A stretch of DNA of 64,000 nt from Amoeboaphelidium protococcarum X5 (GCA_023515725.1 JALDTO010000266.1:1757608-1821607), one strand, 5' to 3'. Shown: positions 27,082 to 41,115, counted from the stretch's first letter. The notes: generated from the letters alone by a model not told the origin. Translations and numbers: made by a program.

Positions 27082-30000
27082 ATGAGTGATCAGTAGCCTA
27101 GGCAGTATTAGAATTGGCATGTAAGATTTAATTTGATTTTATTAGATATTTATCCAAACGTTTTTGTATATGAATGTAGTCTCGAGGCAGAGGTAGAGGA
27201 AGGGGAAGTGGTAGTAGTGGTGGTGGAGCGTATTATAGTCAGCGCGGCAGAGGAGGTCCTAAACCGACATTGCTTGGTAGAGGTGGGAGTAATTCTTATG
27301 CAGGTCGTGGATCTGGCAATGGAATGTGGTATCAGCCATAGATGGGTGGAAATTCAGTTCAAGGTCATTAGGCTCAGTATCAGCAATAGCCAACATAATT
27401 ACGTTACCGTCCATCTTTTAATTAATAGTCGTAGCAATATCGCCCGGCTTATAACAAGTATTAGTACTGGCAGTAGAAGAATCCACATGTTGATTAAAAT
27501 CTGATTGCCGAGGAATAGGACGAAGATACCAAGGATGGTACTGAGAAAGAGTAATTGTCTATTTCTGCTTAGAGACATCTGAATAGTTCAGAGTAGCAGT
27601 AGTAAGAAGATGCAGATTATTCGATATCAAACTTGTAGACGCCCGTCCTTGAAGCTTAACTCGAATTTTTGGCCACCTCTAGAAGAGATCAAGTCAAAGA
27701 GGATTCTAACGACAATCAATAGCCGTAGATGAACAAGTAGTAGATTATGAAAGAGATGGACAAAATTGATGATCAGATTGCCGTGTATGAATCAATGCTC
27801 GACGATATGAAGAAGGCCAAGTTGTCACCGCAAAAGTCTGAAGTTGAGAGTAAGCCTAGTGTCAAAGAGGAAGTGCCAACTGTTGATGAAAAAGCATCTA
27901 TGCCTGTGATAATGAAGCCTAGTTAGAAACTTGTGCAAAAATCCCCACTAAGACCGAAGTTGTGGCAGAGAAGCCGTGCAGTGGATGACGCTTCGTTTAT
28001 CAGTAGGATTCTGCAGGATAATCGGGATAAGGCTCAGCGTTCTCAAGAGACATTCCAATAAGATTGTGAGAATATTCCATTCAGTGTTGGCTGTCTGGAG
28101 CCGTCTTCATTCCCTTTCTATAATGAAAATATTTAAAAGTTTTAGTCATTCAAGCCCGTGTTGGTCAAGTACTTGTAGCGAAAGAGATTTTCCCTGCAGG
28201 ACAAAGAAGAGTTTTTGTAGAGGCAGTATAATGATCTATTTAATTAGTGGCAAGAGTAAGCATTGCTATTTGAAGATTAGTAGATCAAGATCTCGATCAA
28301 GTAGTAGAATAAGTAATAGTCGAGAGGTAACAGCAGGAAGGTGCAGGAGGACTTGTGGTCTCTGCTGAATGTGTATGATCCTGCTGCCACACCGTATGGT
28401 CCTCCCAGTTCTGATGAAGATTATAGATATCTGAAATCTGTGACCGCTCCTACACCGATGCTGCTCGATGTTAGAATGCGCGAGTAGATGAAGTATATCG
28501 ATAATAACAATCTGTTTGATGATGGTCAATAGTCTGTGAAGTAGATTACAATGGCCAATCCATGGAACGACGATGAGAAGAAGATCTTCATCTAAGCATA
28601 TATGGAATATCCTAAAGAGTTTGGTAGAATTGCTTCTTTCCTACCCAATAAATCATCTCAAGATTGTGTTTAGTATTACTATCTAAACAAGAAGTCGCTC
28701 AAGTTGAAAGCTCTGACTAAATAGGCGCTTGCTTTAAAGAATCGCAAAAGGAAGAAGGCGCTTGCTTAGTAATAGTCTGCGGAGAATCAAGGCTTTGAGC
28801 GTTAGATGTAGTAGCAGTAGCAGCAGTTTATTCTGCAGTAGTAGTAGAAGGATCAAGATTATGATGGCGATTATGGAAGTGGTGCTGTTTCTTAGTTCTC
28901 CCGAAATTAGTCTGTAGATACCGGAAATGACCATAAGGGTCGTAGTAGAGATGCGAGTCTTCAGCCTATCTCATAATAACGAGAAATTCTGCCAGGTGAG
29001 ATTCAGGAGTGGGAGGACCAGGAGGTGGATCGTGTTAAAGCATTATTTCTTGAACATGGTAAAGATTTTAGATAGATTGCTTAGCTCATTGGAACAAAGT
29101 CTATTCTCAAAGTTCGTCGTTTGTATTTGTACTTTAAGCGGTATTAGAATGTTGATTTGACGAAGCCACTCAGTTCTAATTCTAAAGGCGACAGATAAGG
29201 TTAGCTTTAGTCGAAGGACAGTCTGGATCAGGACATCACTGAGGATTCTTAGGATTTAATACATCAGTCTGCAGCTTCTTCTACCGATAATTTAATGCCA
29301 GAGAGATTATAAAATGCTTCTGGCCACTCTGCTTCAGTCGGTCAAGTGTTGTAGGATGGTAAAGAATCTGTGGGATCTTAACCTTTATAATAACATTAGG
29401 AAAAGAAGAAGAAGAGAGGGAGGCCGTCCAAGAATCGACAGAATCAGGCTGCGATATAATAATTACCTTAAATCTAAGAGCTTCCGTAAGTTTAGTCGCC
29501 TAAAGAAAAGAAGAAAACTGTATCTTATTGGACTGCGAAGGAGAAGGTGGAATTCTAGAAGCTTGCCGCATAGTTTGGCAGAGACTTTAAATCTATAGCT
29601 GAGCGTCTTCCTGCAAAGTCAGAGATTCAAGTCCGCAATTTTTACAATAGCACCATCGATGATAATGGTGGAAATTAGTCATTTGCTGGTGGAGCGGATG
29701 CCGCCACTGGCAATAAGGAGCATTCTAGATCTTAATCCATTGGCACTGAGCACGCTTAATAACAATTATAATTCCCGATTAGTCATTAGTAGCAGGAATC
29801 TGAACATTAATAGTCGTCATAGTCATAGCGAGGAGCCCCTGCGCCGTTCAATTCATCATCTAATGTTAGTGTCGGTGGTTCTTAGCCACATGGTGAAGAG
29901 GTCTTCTACTAGAATCCTCATATGTTTCAGAATAGTCAGCATGTTCAGCCAATGTTCCCATTTTAACCGTATCATATGTCGCAGGATGGATATCCGATTC

Positions 30001-30575
30001 CTCAGTACATATTTCCTCCTCCTATTTATGCAGGATCTACTATGCATCCACCATTCTTCAGTGCTCCGTACTTGCCACCTATAGGACCGCATATTGTGTA
30101 ACATGGTCCTGCTTCTGGTGACTAGAATATGATTTAATAATAATAGCAGCAGTAAATGTATCAGTAGCAACATTAGCAGTAGCAATAGCACCCATAATAT
30201 TAGCATCAATAACAGATGCAGTAGTAGTAGTAGTAGTAGTATGCGTATCGACCGCCTGTTAATATGACATCTCATCCCCTGTCGTCTGTGGAGTCTAATT
30301 CTGCAGTCTTGCCAGGCCTCAAGAACATCCCCATCGTGAACGCCCAATCTGGAAGTGGTAACAATGAAAGCCAATTGCAGGATCAAGATGTTGAACAGGA
30401 TGGATCTGATTAGAAGGCCGATGATGACGGTGGTGATGATAACAATTAAGGCTCTGCATAGTAATAGGAAAGTGGTCAGTAAGATGGCGACGGTGAAAGA
30501 CTGCAGAGTTAAAGTCCAAGACTGAAAGCTTCCATTTCTCAAGTGTTGAATAGCTCTAGTGATAGCCTTTAATGA
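27082..30575 (+). CDS. N-CoR/Snt1-like co-repressor with three SANT/Myb domains; intron 27121-27179
   Basis: PWNDDEKKIF...YPKEFGRIASFL...DCVQYYYLNKK; EWEDQE...HGKDF; SYWTAKEK...FGRDF...QVRNFY. N-terminal RGG region and Q/P-rich tail. Confidence 0.88.
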
Positions 30576-30650
30576 CTTATGATACTATATTGCATATTTA
30601 AACAATCTGAAATTCATTATATTGTACAATGCACTCAACAGACAGAGTGC

Positions 30651-31577
30651 TCACACTTCACTCTCATCAGTATCTTCTTAATGCAGCAGAGTGTACTACT
30701 TGCTTTGATGGCTATTGTGCTCTAAGGGGCAGAGAAACGCGTTGGTATCATTGCACTTACTAGGACTGGAGAAGGTGAAGGAGATGGCGACATTGGGGAA
30801 GGCAATGACGACTACAGTTCTAACAATCAGAGACACCAAACATAGACTCTAATGACATACATAATTGGAAGACTCTATGACATTTAAAGAAAATCCGCTC
30901 TAGTATTTATTACCACGCAAAGACAGCCATGATAGCACCACGTAGAATATGGAACATGCAGCCACTAAATAGCAAGTATATCGCGATCGTCGTATAACAG
31001 TATAGACTTGTTTTGGTACATTTAGAGGATCAGTGTACAGTTGAACCAGCAGAAAGTATACAATTCCATACAATATAAGGATAACTGATGATACAACGGT
31101 GAAATAGTCATGTTATCTACGAAAGCGAACCCAATCCAGGCGTTAGATTATGATGGTTTACGTTATGATATAACCCGAAATGACCACCAAAAACACCATG
31201 AAATGATAGAATGAACGACTTTGACGCCTTGTAAATATACAAACTTCAGTGGTGTGCACGTCTTCATGAGCCCTGACAAACCAGAATACGACTAAGAAGA
31301 ACTACATGAATCCACCAATACTGCACACTGTGTCAGCTATAGATTGAGCTAGAATAGAGTCTACTATAATCGAGAAATGTCTAGCACTGACAGTGTACAG
31401 CGATAGTATGAGACTATTCATAAAAGTGACCAACAGGATCAGAGTTCGCAGACTAAACTTTTAACGGAGCAACACATAATCTCGTATGAAAACTGATGAG
31501 GCGTATAGAGTAACGCAAGCCAATATGACATAGCACAGTACAGTATCAATCAAATCGTATACATTTTCAGATGCCAT
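30651..31577 (-). CDS. Orphan multi-pass (about 7 TM) membrane protein, 308 aa, absent from the ORF track
   Basis: TGA-free frame from ATG 31577 with about 7 hydrophobic segments and an acidic C-terminal tail. Confidence 0.75.
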
Positions 31578-32134
31578 TGTAGATGAAGGTTATAATTAAA
31601 CTGTAACATATGCTATCAGGGAATTCACTTAAAATCCATAAATTAATTTCGCTCAATCTACGCGCGTGTGAATAGATTATCTCAGCACTCTAAGCCACTT
31701 GAATTTTGATTAATGCATATTTCGCTGAGAGCTGTATCGGACACGTCAAACCATGTTTATAAAAGATTAAAAGTTTTCGATAATCTGGTCGACATATAAG
31801 CATACTCATATGTTTCAGACGCATTTGGTTTGACTTTACACGTCATGACGGTTATTTTGGCTTAGGACTGCAAGTACCTCCTTGTTACAGCTGTCGCGAT
31901 TAGTGCAGTTCAGTGTCTAAAACGCAAATTGCAAAATGCGGTGAGCGCCATTTTTTCATTAACTCTGAGCTTCAAAGTGCTTAATCTCCCATAACTCCTG
32001 TTCTTTTTTGAAGTTATGTCATGTCTGAACTCATAATCACCGAAAAGTAAAACAAACGGTAAAGTTTAGAATTGCGGATCAATTATATGCAATTAAACCA
32101 GATTCATTTTTATTCCTTATAATAGCATAAGAGC

Positions 32135-32464
32135 TCACTCTCCTAAAATTTCGCTTATAGTCTTTCGTACTTGGCGACACTTGTCGGCACAATTGCGACA
32201 ATGTTCGTGTTGACTATGAGCCTCACAGCGTTCCTCACATTCATGAGCAGACTTGCAATTCAACTTCAATAAATCCGATAGAATAGCGTTCTTTTCCGGA
32301 GACTCAACTTCCAATGCTTTCAAGGAAGCCTCAGAGATTGCAGCATTGATATGGCACAACTTGGCGCAGTCTAAACCACACTTATCAGCCTCCCTCTCAC
32401 AGACTTGACACGCGTCGCGACTTTGTTTCAATAAATCTTTCAACTAATCCAACTTAGTAGACAT
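32135..32464 (-). CDS. Four-helix-bundle Cys-rich copper storage protein-like (Csp/DUF326)
   Basis: 109 aa with 11 Cys in CxxC/CxxxC spacing; ECEERCEAHSQHEHCRNCADKCR resembles the Csp3 C-terminal motif. Confidence 0.75.
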
Positions 32465-32557
32465 TTTGATTCACTCTACGGGTACAGCTCATAAGAACAC
32501 TAAAAGGAAGTAAGAAAGGCAATAAATATTATAGTGAACACGTCATCACATTTGTAT

Positions 32558-33712
32558 TCATATTCCGAACTCGTGTCGTTTCTTCTATGGCTGATTCAGA
32601 CTTTCATTGGAGGTGAGGTCTCTCTTGCCAGCGAAATCAATGTCGCCCATCAGCTTACGCCCATCACGCACTGGAGACTTTTTACGAACAGAGCGGATCT
32701 GTAAATCTTGCTATTTCTACTACTATTAATCAATCGTTGTGGACACATTCAAACCAGGATCACTTCTGGTGGACATTTTACACTCTGTCCACTCAAATTC
32801 GATATTGGTCATATTTCTCACAGTATTTGGCCATTTCTTGTTCAACTGATGATCATTCTTCACAATCAAATCTCCATTTCCCAACAGCACAATTCTATCA
32901 ACCATAGTAAGACGTGACAAGGCGTCAGGTAGCGACTAGATTTAATTATCTCGCAAATCCAACACCTTCAAGTACTGAGTGGACGCGGCTATTCCAATTA
33001 CAATTTTATCATCCAAACTAGTGAGCTGATTGCGCGATAAATCGATTTGCTAGATGGTATGAGGTAGATTAGCCAAACACTTTGGCAACTCTGTGAATTT
33101 GTTACCAGACAAATTGATTAGATGCAAACTAACCATGTCCGTAAACTTGTGAGACAATAATGACAATTAATTGTTTTGCAAATGCAATTCTTTCAGAGAC
33201 TGCAATGTTATTATATCAGCTGCGACATAGGTCAAGTTGTTATTGGCGACCTTGAGGATTTATAGTGATTACAATTTCCCGATTCTATCCACCAGCTGAG
33301 ACAACCCGTTATGACTCAAGTCCAAATATTACAATGCAGTCAGCTCGTACAACGCAGCATCTGGCAAAGTCTAAATTTAGTTATAACTCAAATCCAGGTA
33401 CGTCAATGTTCTCTTCAAACACCCCAATCCAAATGATTCAGGCAGAGTTTACAATTTATTACCACTGAGATCAATGTGCTCCACTCCCACTGAAGTTGCA
33501 ATTGAATCTGTGCTCTTTTGCACCGAAGAATTGATCTCGAATGCCTCCGGTTCAATCTACTTGATATTATTTCCGTTAAGATGCAATTTAGTCAGATAAT
33601 TCAACTTGCGAATTACACCTGGTACCTTCTTCAGCTCACTGTAACTCATATCCAACTCAACAGTCTTTGAATCAATTGACCATTCTTTTAATTTTCTCTT
33701 GACCTTGTTCAT
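32558..33712 (-). CDS. Leucine-rich repeat protein
   Basis: Repeated LxxLxLxxNxL units (LTKLHLNGNNI, LKVANNNL, LHLQNNQL, INLSGNKF, IDLSRNQL, LDLRDNQI). Confidence 0.85.
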
Positions 33713-33986
33713 ATTTCGATTGATATAATTTTATTACTAAGCTTATTGTCTGTTTAGGGCAGTTAAATTTTTAGAAAATGCCGAGAGTAAGCAGATGATA
33801 TATATATTTATTTATAGCCGGATTTGTTACCGTTCTTGATGGCCGTTTTGTCTTCAATCTATGATCAAACAACCACGGAAATTCTTAAACTCGTTCCCAT
33901 TTGGTAGTCGCGTATTTCTTATAACTTGATTAAAATAAGTGTAGATAGAAGGTGGAGTCCTTTAATTATATCGAACGCGCATTAAT

Positions 33987-35549
33987 ATGACATCATAAGG
34001 TGAAAAAGATGAGCCTCGAGTGTATGAGTTGTAAGCCATGACTGAGCTGAGATTTGAGGTTGGATGGTCATAGTCCGCGATAACTGTAACTTTGACCTCG
34101 GGTAAAGCTGAAGTTTTTGGCGTAGAGTTGCCCCCAAATAATCCAATGCAGTTTCCGCCCGGCTCTATAACTGCAATATACACATGGCACGGTTGTATTT
34201 TGTCTCTTAGCGGGCCGCAGTCCAAGGTTGAGTATATCGCTACGGAGACTGTCATGACCTAGTGGATGCAGTTGCACATTGACTTGGAATCGCGTCGTAG
34301 ATAAGCGAATGACAGCGGCTTAGAAGGTCCCAGAGTAAGTTTTCTACATGATGTATAGTAAAAGTATCAGTGGATAAGTACTTGGTCGTTGGAATGTAGA
34401 TCATCATTGTGGGATAGGAGGATAGTGGAAAGACTTCGCTAGCAAAGACTTTGATAGCTTGGGCGTTAAAGTTGCAGCATTAACCGATTCTCGTTGATCT
34501 GGATCCTAAAAATGTAAATATTAGTAATATAAATTGTCAATTATCAGCTTATGGTATCACATAAATGTAGGGAACGATTGTGATGCCGACATGTATTGGA
34601 GCTATGGCTGTAGATAGAATGGAATCTAATACACTCACACAGCTCTCCCTAGTCACTTCACCTCCTCTGATATATCATTATGGGGAAGAGGAGTTTAACG
34701 TTACCGATATTGAGGATATAAAGTCAATGTTCAGCACTATTGCAGAAAGTGTAGATGCCCGTGCGGAGCATGATGAGGTTGTAAATGCCAGTGGATGCAT
34801 CATTGATACTTAAAGATGGACGGAGCAGTTAGCTCCATTGCTGTTATCGCACGCCCTGGATGTATTTAGAATAAACAAAGTTGTAGTTATAGGAAATGAA
34901 CGGCTTTACAGTGAAATAGGTTAGTAGCTCAAGTAATCTCATCCGGTGGTGGAGTTAATTCGGTTGCCCAAGAGTGGCGGTGTGGTTGATAGAGATGTCA
35001 GTTACCGTCGCAAGTGGTAAATGCAACGCGTTAGAGAGTACTTTTATGGTAACAAGAATGTTGAACTTTCCCCAATGACCACTGGAGTTGGGTTCAATGA
35101 TACTCAAGTGAGAAGATACGGAAAAGGTAATATTATAGTGGTGATGTATATTTTAATGCTTAATAACCATGAGTAAGTTGTATGTAGTTACTAAATAATC
35201 AGCTCCAGTGTCTGCTTTACCACTTGGAACTTTTGATGAAAAATCCGCGGATTCTCAATAGCGGTAACTGCTTTAGATCAATGCTGGACCGTCACTTCTT
35301 CATTCGATATTGAGCGTCTCGACAATGGATCTCCCACCTCCTGTGCCCTCTAATTTGACCTTGTCCAATGATAAGGCTGAAGAATAGGCACAGAATGAAT
35401 TGTAGCTTCTGACCACCAATATTACCGGCTTTGTGTACGTCTCAGATGTGGATGAGAAGAAGAAGAAGCTGATAGTGCTGAGCCCAAAGCCCGGTCGAGT
35501 ACCGCGAAAGTATATGCTTATGGGCTCATTGAGGTGGGCAGAAACGTGA
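33987..35549 (+). CDS. CLP1: mRNA cleavage factor / polynucleotide kinase Clp1; introns 34335-34399, 34514-34570, 35127-35187
   Basis: ELRFEV, GKAEVFGVEL, GPRIIIVGQEDSGKTS, VDLDP, SGCIIDT, PKSGGVVDRD, REYFYG, GFVYV. Confidence 0.93.
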
Positions 35550-35606
35550 GGTATATTAAGAGATAATGATTAATCAAACACATGAAAACATTATTTGAGT
35601 GTATTA

Positions 35607-36913
35607 TCATTGAGTGTCAAACATTCCAATTCTATGATAGTACGTTCTTGGACGTGTCCTTTCGAAATCCTGCCACTATTCATTCATCTTCTGCCTTGCT
35701 TTCAGTCTTACAGCTGTCTTATCACTTTCATCATCACCATCATCATTATCGCCAGACTGAATGTAATTCTTAGTTGCATTAATATACTCTTCAATTCCAA
35801 CTTTAAACTGCGCAAAACTAAATTACGGTTGATCCTACGCAGCACCTTGATCCTGGAATGGAATCCATTCATACCGAAACTCATCATCACCCCCGAGACT
35901 CTTGGGAATCCATTAAGGATCAATAAACTGAAGCAAGTCAGCAGACTTCACAAATTTAATCTTCTCGCGTACAACTGGATCAAGAAATTACTTAACAATC
36001 ATCCAGATACCATTGAAGAAGAATGGTGCATTGATGAGGAAGATGCACGCTAGACTCTCAGGGTAATAAGCTTCTAGAGCATGAACCAAGAATTTGATAG
36101 ACTCCAAATCATAGTTCTCCATCGTGATGTTGCTCAAGTCCAGGATGAGCGACACCTTCTCCTTATGATTACTCTGAGTCTTTGCTGACCACGGCAGGAG
36201 ATAGTCTTTCGCGCACTCCATCATAAAGATGCAAAACGCATTGTTCTCATCGTGTGATACATTCTTCTTGTCAAAGTAACGCGCCTGAATATGAAATAGT
36301 GGATGACCATTCTTATCGAATCCTCTGCTGTAAGCAAGTCCCTTTTGCAAGATTCTCTAATTAAGAGCCTTCTCTCCACGTGATAGCACGTTAGAGATGT
36401 CATTCTCGAGGCGAAACTTGAGAGCAGCCTTCAGCATCTTATGAATCGCATCAGTGTTCCATTTGCGAGCGCAGATAAACTTGAGCAGCTAAACATCAGG
36501 GTCATCATGAAGCGTAGTCTTGAAGAATTCTTCAACTTCTTATTGCGTGTACAGTTCCTGGCTACTATCTGAGGATTTCACCTGATCCTTAGTAGTAGAT
36601 GAAGACTGCTTTTGAGTTTGCTTTGATTATGATAATTCCGTCTATGAAACGTGATGATCAGTCAAAACAACATTAGCGGGCGCATTGTCGCTTTAACCTG
36701 GCACAGATGTCGAGGATTTATCATTAGTAGAGTAACATTCTAGTAGCTATTTCCACACTTGATTGAATATCTTCTTTTAATCATCACTTAATGTTGCCTA
36801 CACATGTCCGTATGATAGTACACAGCTGATAAAGATACATGCCATACTGGAATACTTACCCTGACGCCTTTGCCAGCGCGATTGTCGATATCAATCTGTG
36901 AAAGTGTTGACAT
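35607..36913 (-). CDS. CRAL-TRIO/Sec14-family lipid transfer protein (Csr1-like); intron 36798-36859
   Basis: DPDVQLLKFICARKW, GFDKNGHP, LEAYYPESL, INAPFFF, FLDPVVREKI, IPKSLGG, RTYYHRIG. Confidence 0.9.
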
Positions 36914-37085
36914 TGATTTAAAGATTTTATCACGATATATATTAAATCAAAGTGCTATGAAATAGATGGAATATTTATATATAGGAATGAAGAAAGGAGT
37001 ACATTAAAACAGCTAGCATAGTAACGCATTAACTAATGATGGATATATTTCTTATCATCATGTAAACTTGGCAACTCACTTTAAA

Positions 37086-37367
37086 TCATGACAGAGCACC
37101 TCCAGCATTAATAACCTCAATTTCTTATTCTTAGATATTCTGATACCAATATTATCGCGGCAAATCTGAGCTAGACTCGTAAAATTGTATAAATGATGTG
37201 CTTCTTTATTAGGCTTGCTGATTTTATGTGGCCGTCGGTGCAGAAGTGACACCGCCGCCTGTCGCTCCATATCCTGCTTTCATCAAAAGTGGATGCTCAG
37301 TACTAGTCTCCTTCTTTATATTATTCCATACTCTTTTACCAAGAAATTTGATCAGCGGCTAATGCAT
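37086..37367 (-). CDS. KGD4: Alpha-ketoglutarate dehydrogenase subunit 4 / MRPS36-like, absent from the ORF track
   Basis: MHQPLIKFLGKR...DLPRQYWYQNIQEQEIEVINAGGA matches the family's N- and C-terminal signatures. Confidence 0.85.
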
Positions 37368-37586
37368 TTTTTGTTGTTGTCACTTTCCAATCTCAGCAAA
37401 TACGATACTCTGCTAGATATGTTAGCTTCGAATTTTCAGGCTTCAGTCAAACGACTAGGTGAAAAGACGCGCGCATGATCTCAGCCAACGGTTCCCAAAA
37501 ATGTTCAATGCTCGCTATGTTTCATCTTTTCAGTTCTAGCTAATAATTCGCCAAATCTGCCCTGTATCTCTGCTGCATCATTTTAA

Positions 37587-38669
37587 ATGAACAACGAAGC
37601 TATCTGGAGAAAGGTTGGTGTATCATCAACCGCTGTTCCATCTGCAAGAAGATATCATTGCGCTCATGTTGTCAATGTAAACGGCGTTCAGTAAATGGTC
37701 ATGTTTGGTGGAGTGTAATCGGGCAAGAAGAGTGTAAACGATGTTTGGCTATTCAACTTTGCAAGTAAATCTTGGACCGAACTCCTACCGTCATCCAAAC
37801 CTCCTCCCCGCTTTGGTCACTCTAGTGCCATTGTTAATGTACCATCTTCAGATAAGCAAGAGACTTAATAAGCTATGTTAATAGTTGGAGGATGCGATGG
37901 TGAGAACCGTGCTCTAAATGATATTTGGCTGTTTGACTTGAAACAAAGTGTTTGGACTCGAATTGATGTACCGTCTTCTTTTATGACACGATATCACTCT
38001 GCTTGTATCGATATACAAGGTCAATAGTCAGAGTCTGTTTTAATTCTTGGTGGTTAAATTAATCAGAAAGAATACTGCAATGATGCTTGGCTGTTGAATA
38101 TGAGCGATCTCTCTATAAAGTAACTGCCATGCAACAAGCCAAAACTCCTAAAACGTGCAGGTTAAAGCATCATTAAGACTTCAGTAATGAATGAATTCAT
38201 ATTATATGGAGGCTTCTCTGGTGACGGCGGCTTTGATACATCCCAAGATTTTCATAAAATTGTCGTCTCCAAGGATGACATTGAAGTTGTGGAATTGTTA
38301 CAAATCAGTGGAGTATTGCCATAAACCGGTCGTCCACTCAATCTTGTTCAATTTTTGGATTTGTAATCATCAGGCTAAAATCAGTACGAGATTTACTCCT
38401 TTGGTGGCTATGATGGAAAATCCCCGAATAATGAACTCCTGAAATTCAATTAAAAAGATCTTAGATGGAAACCCGTATAGCTATGGATGGAGATGGATAT
38501 GGCATCAATTGCTCACAGTGCCGGCAACAATGCAATGAGTAAGCCGATACCGAGATACGGCCACTCTGTCGTGTTATAATAGGGCGATGATGGGAAGTAA
38601 TCATTGATTGTATTTGGCGGCTGTGGCTCCTCCTATCTGAATGATATAGTACAGATTGACTTGAATTGA
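37587..38669 (+). CDS. Kelch-repeat beta-propeller protein
   Basis: PSARRYH..MFGG, PPPRFGHS..IVGG, TRYHS..ILGG, KRAG..IYGG, LFGG, PIPRYGHS..VFGG repeats. Confidence 0.88.
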
Positions 38670-38997
38670 TATGATGATATTTTTTGAAAGAATCCGAACA
38701 TTTTTAGTTGAAGATTGATCCTTACCTTGGTTTCACGTCTAGCTCGTTGTGAAACAGTTCACCTGCAGTATCTCTGCGCTGAAAACATTATACAACACTC
38801 ATTTATTTTACGCTGAAACGCGAGAGAAGAGAGACGTCTAAACAACTGCGGAACCGTCAGTTCGCTTGAAGTGAAAGAATTCCCACGCTTTGTCGTCGTT
38901 CTTTGAATGTTGTTATGCTGCGGCTTTCTCTTTTTTCCAGACTGTGAAACAGCAATCATTTATCACTTGAAGTACACCTTATTGAGAATCTGCTAAT

Positions 38998-41115
38998 ATG
39001 GTTGATTAAAAGTTATTGAGTCTTAAGAATGGATTGACTGATGCAATGTTTGAGAAGGAGTTTGACGTTGGTGTAAGATCTGATAAAGTTCCTCACGCTC
39101 CCGTTAGACGTCCCAACTTGTCACTAGAGGACACACGTCAGGCTCTGTCTAATGCACTGAGATATGTTCCCGCTAAGTTCCATTAGAAGATGGCTAAAGA
39201 GCTGGCATTAGAACTGCAACTCTATGGACACATTTACATGTACAGACTGAGGCCTACAGAGTATGAAATGAAAGCACATCCGCTGTTGTCATATCCATGC
39301 AAGTCCAAGTAAGCCGCCGCAGTTATGCTCATGATCACGAATAATCTGGACCCAGCAGTGGCTCAACATCCTCATGAACTCATTACATATGGCGGCAATG
39401 GTAGTGTGTTCAGTAATTGGGCCCAGTATCATTTGGTGATGAAGTATTTGTGTGATATGTAGGAGGATTAGACTCTGCATGTCTACAGTGGACATCCAAT
39501 GGGTCTCTTCCCTTCTCACAAGGATGCCCCTAGAGTGGTGGTCACTAATGGCATGATGGTTCCCTTCTACTCCACCAGGGAATAATATGAAAGACTGTAC
39601 GCCATGGGATTGACTCAGTATGGTAATATGACTGCTGGTAGCTATTGTTACATTGGTCCATAAGGTATTGTGCATGGTACCAATATTACTTTGATCAATG
39701 CTGGCCGTAAATTTTTGAATGCAAAGTGCATGGATGATTTGCGTGGTAAAGTGTTTGTCAGTGCTGGCCTTGGTGGTATGTCAGGTGCACAGCCTAAAGC
39801 TGCTTTCATGGCCGGATTAGTGTGCGTTATTGCTGAGATTGATCCTGCTGCTCTGGATAAGAGACACAAGCAAGGATGGATAGTGAGGAAGGAGTCAGAT
39901 TTGGCCAAGGTTGTCTAGCTGATTAAAGAGTATTCCGCAAAGAAGGAGCCTATCAGCATCGGCTATCTTGGTAATATTGTAGATTTGTGGGAGTATTTAG
40001 CAAAGGCGGAAGATGTACATGTTGATCTGGGCAGTGATTAGACTTCTTTGCATAATCCATACAGTGGAGGTTATTATCCAGTCGGCGTGTCTTTTGATAA
40101 TAGCAGACGGATGATGGTGGAGGATCCTGATAATTTTAAGCTGAAGGTCCAACAGTCTTTGCGTAGACATGTGAGTGCTGTGAACAAACTCTCTGCTCGT
40201 GGGATGAAGTTTTGGGATTATGGAAATGCTTTCCTGCTAGAGTCATCCCGTGCAGGTGCTGATATCTGGAAGGCTGAGGAGGGTGGAGCATTCAGGTACG
40301 CATCATATTTTGAAGACTTTATGGGTGACATTTTCTCTCTCGGATTCGGTCCATATAGATGGGTGTGCACCTCTGGTGACCATGAGGATCTCAAAACAAC
40401 CGATAGAATAGCTGCAGAAGTCATTCAGAAGTTGATCAATCTGCCAGGCGTGGATCACAGAGTTAAAGGCTAGTTGCAAGACAATTTGAATTGGATTTAG
40501 TAGTGTGAACAACATTAGTTGGTGGTTGGATCTCAGGCACGTATTTTATATTCCAATGCTGATGGTAGAATTTAAATGGCTGAAGCATTTAATTAGGCGG
40601 TAAAAGATGGTAGACTTCGAGGTCCTGTAATGCTTTCAAGGGATCACCACGATGTCTCTGGTACTGATAGCCCGTTCCGTGAAACTAGTAACATCACGGA
40701 TGGTAGCAAGGTGTGTGCCGATATGGCAATACACAATGTGTTAGGAGATGCATTTAGAGGTGCCACTAGTGTCTCTATTCACAATGGAGGTGGTACCGGA
40801 TGGGGTATGGCTATGAATGGCGGATTTCTTCTCCTGCTTGATGGCAGTGATGATGCGGTTAGACGCGCCCGCGCGATGCTTCATTTCGATGTTAACAATG
40901 GAGTAGCTAGACGTTGCTGGAGTGGCAACAGTAACGCTGAGTTTTAGATTTAGGAGGCTATGAAGAGCGACAGTCGTTTGAATGTCACTATTCCGTATCA
41001 TGCGGATGATTCCTTGATAGAGAGCGTGATTAATGAAGTGTCAAAGGCTGACTAAGGGAAGAGATAGAGTCGACAGGTGTAGTCTAAAAGTTAGAGCAAG
41101 AAATTGAAGCAGTGA
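38998..41115 (+). CDS. UROC1: Urocanate hydratase (long eukaryotic type)
   Basis: YGHIYMYR, NNLDPAVAQHPHELITYGGNG, YGNMTAGSYCYIGPQGIVHGT (Q=TAA), GLGGMSGAQ, SDQTS, GFGPYRW, RDHHDVSGTDSPFRET, HNGGGTGWG. Confidence 0.97.

Noticed and set aside
29856-30542. 228-aa Leu-rich minus-strand ORF and similar long antisense ORFs (7564-8166, 45688-46335, 61564-62193)
   Set aside because: Antisense to well-supported genes; the Leu runs mirror TAG/CAG/TAA Gln codons.
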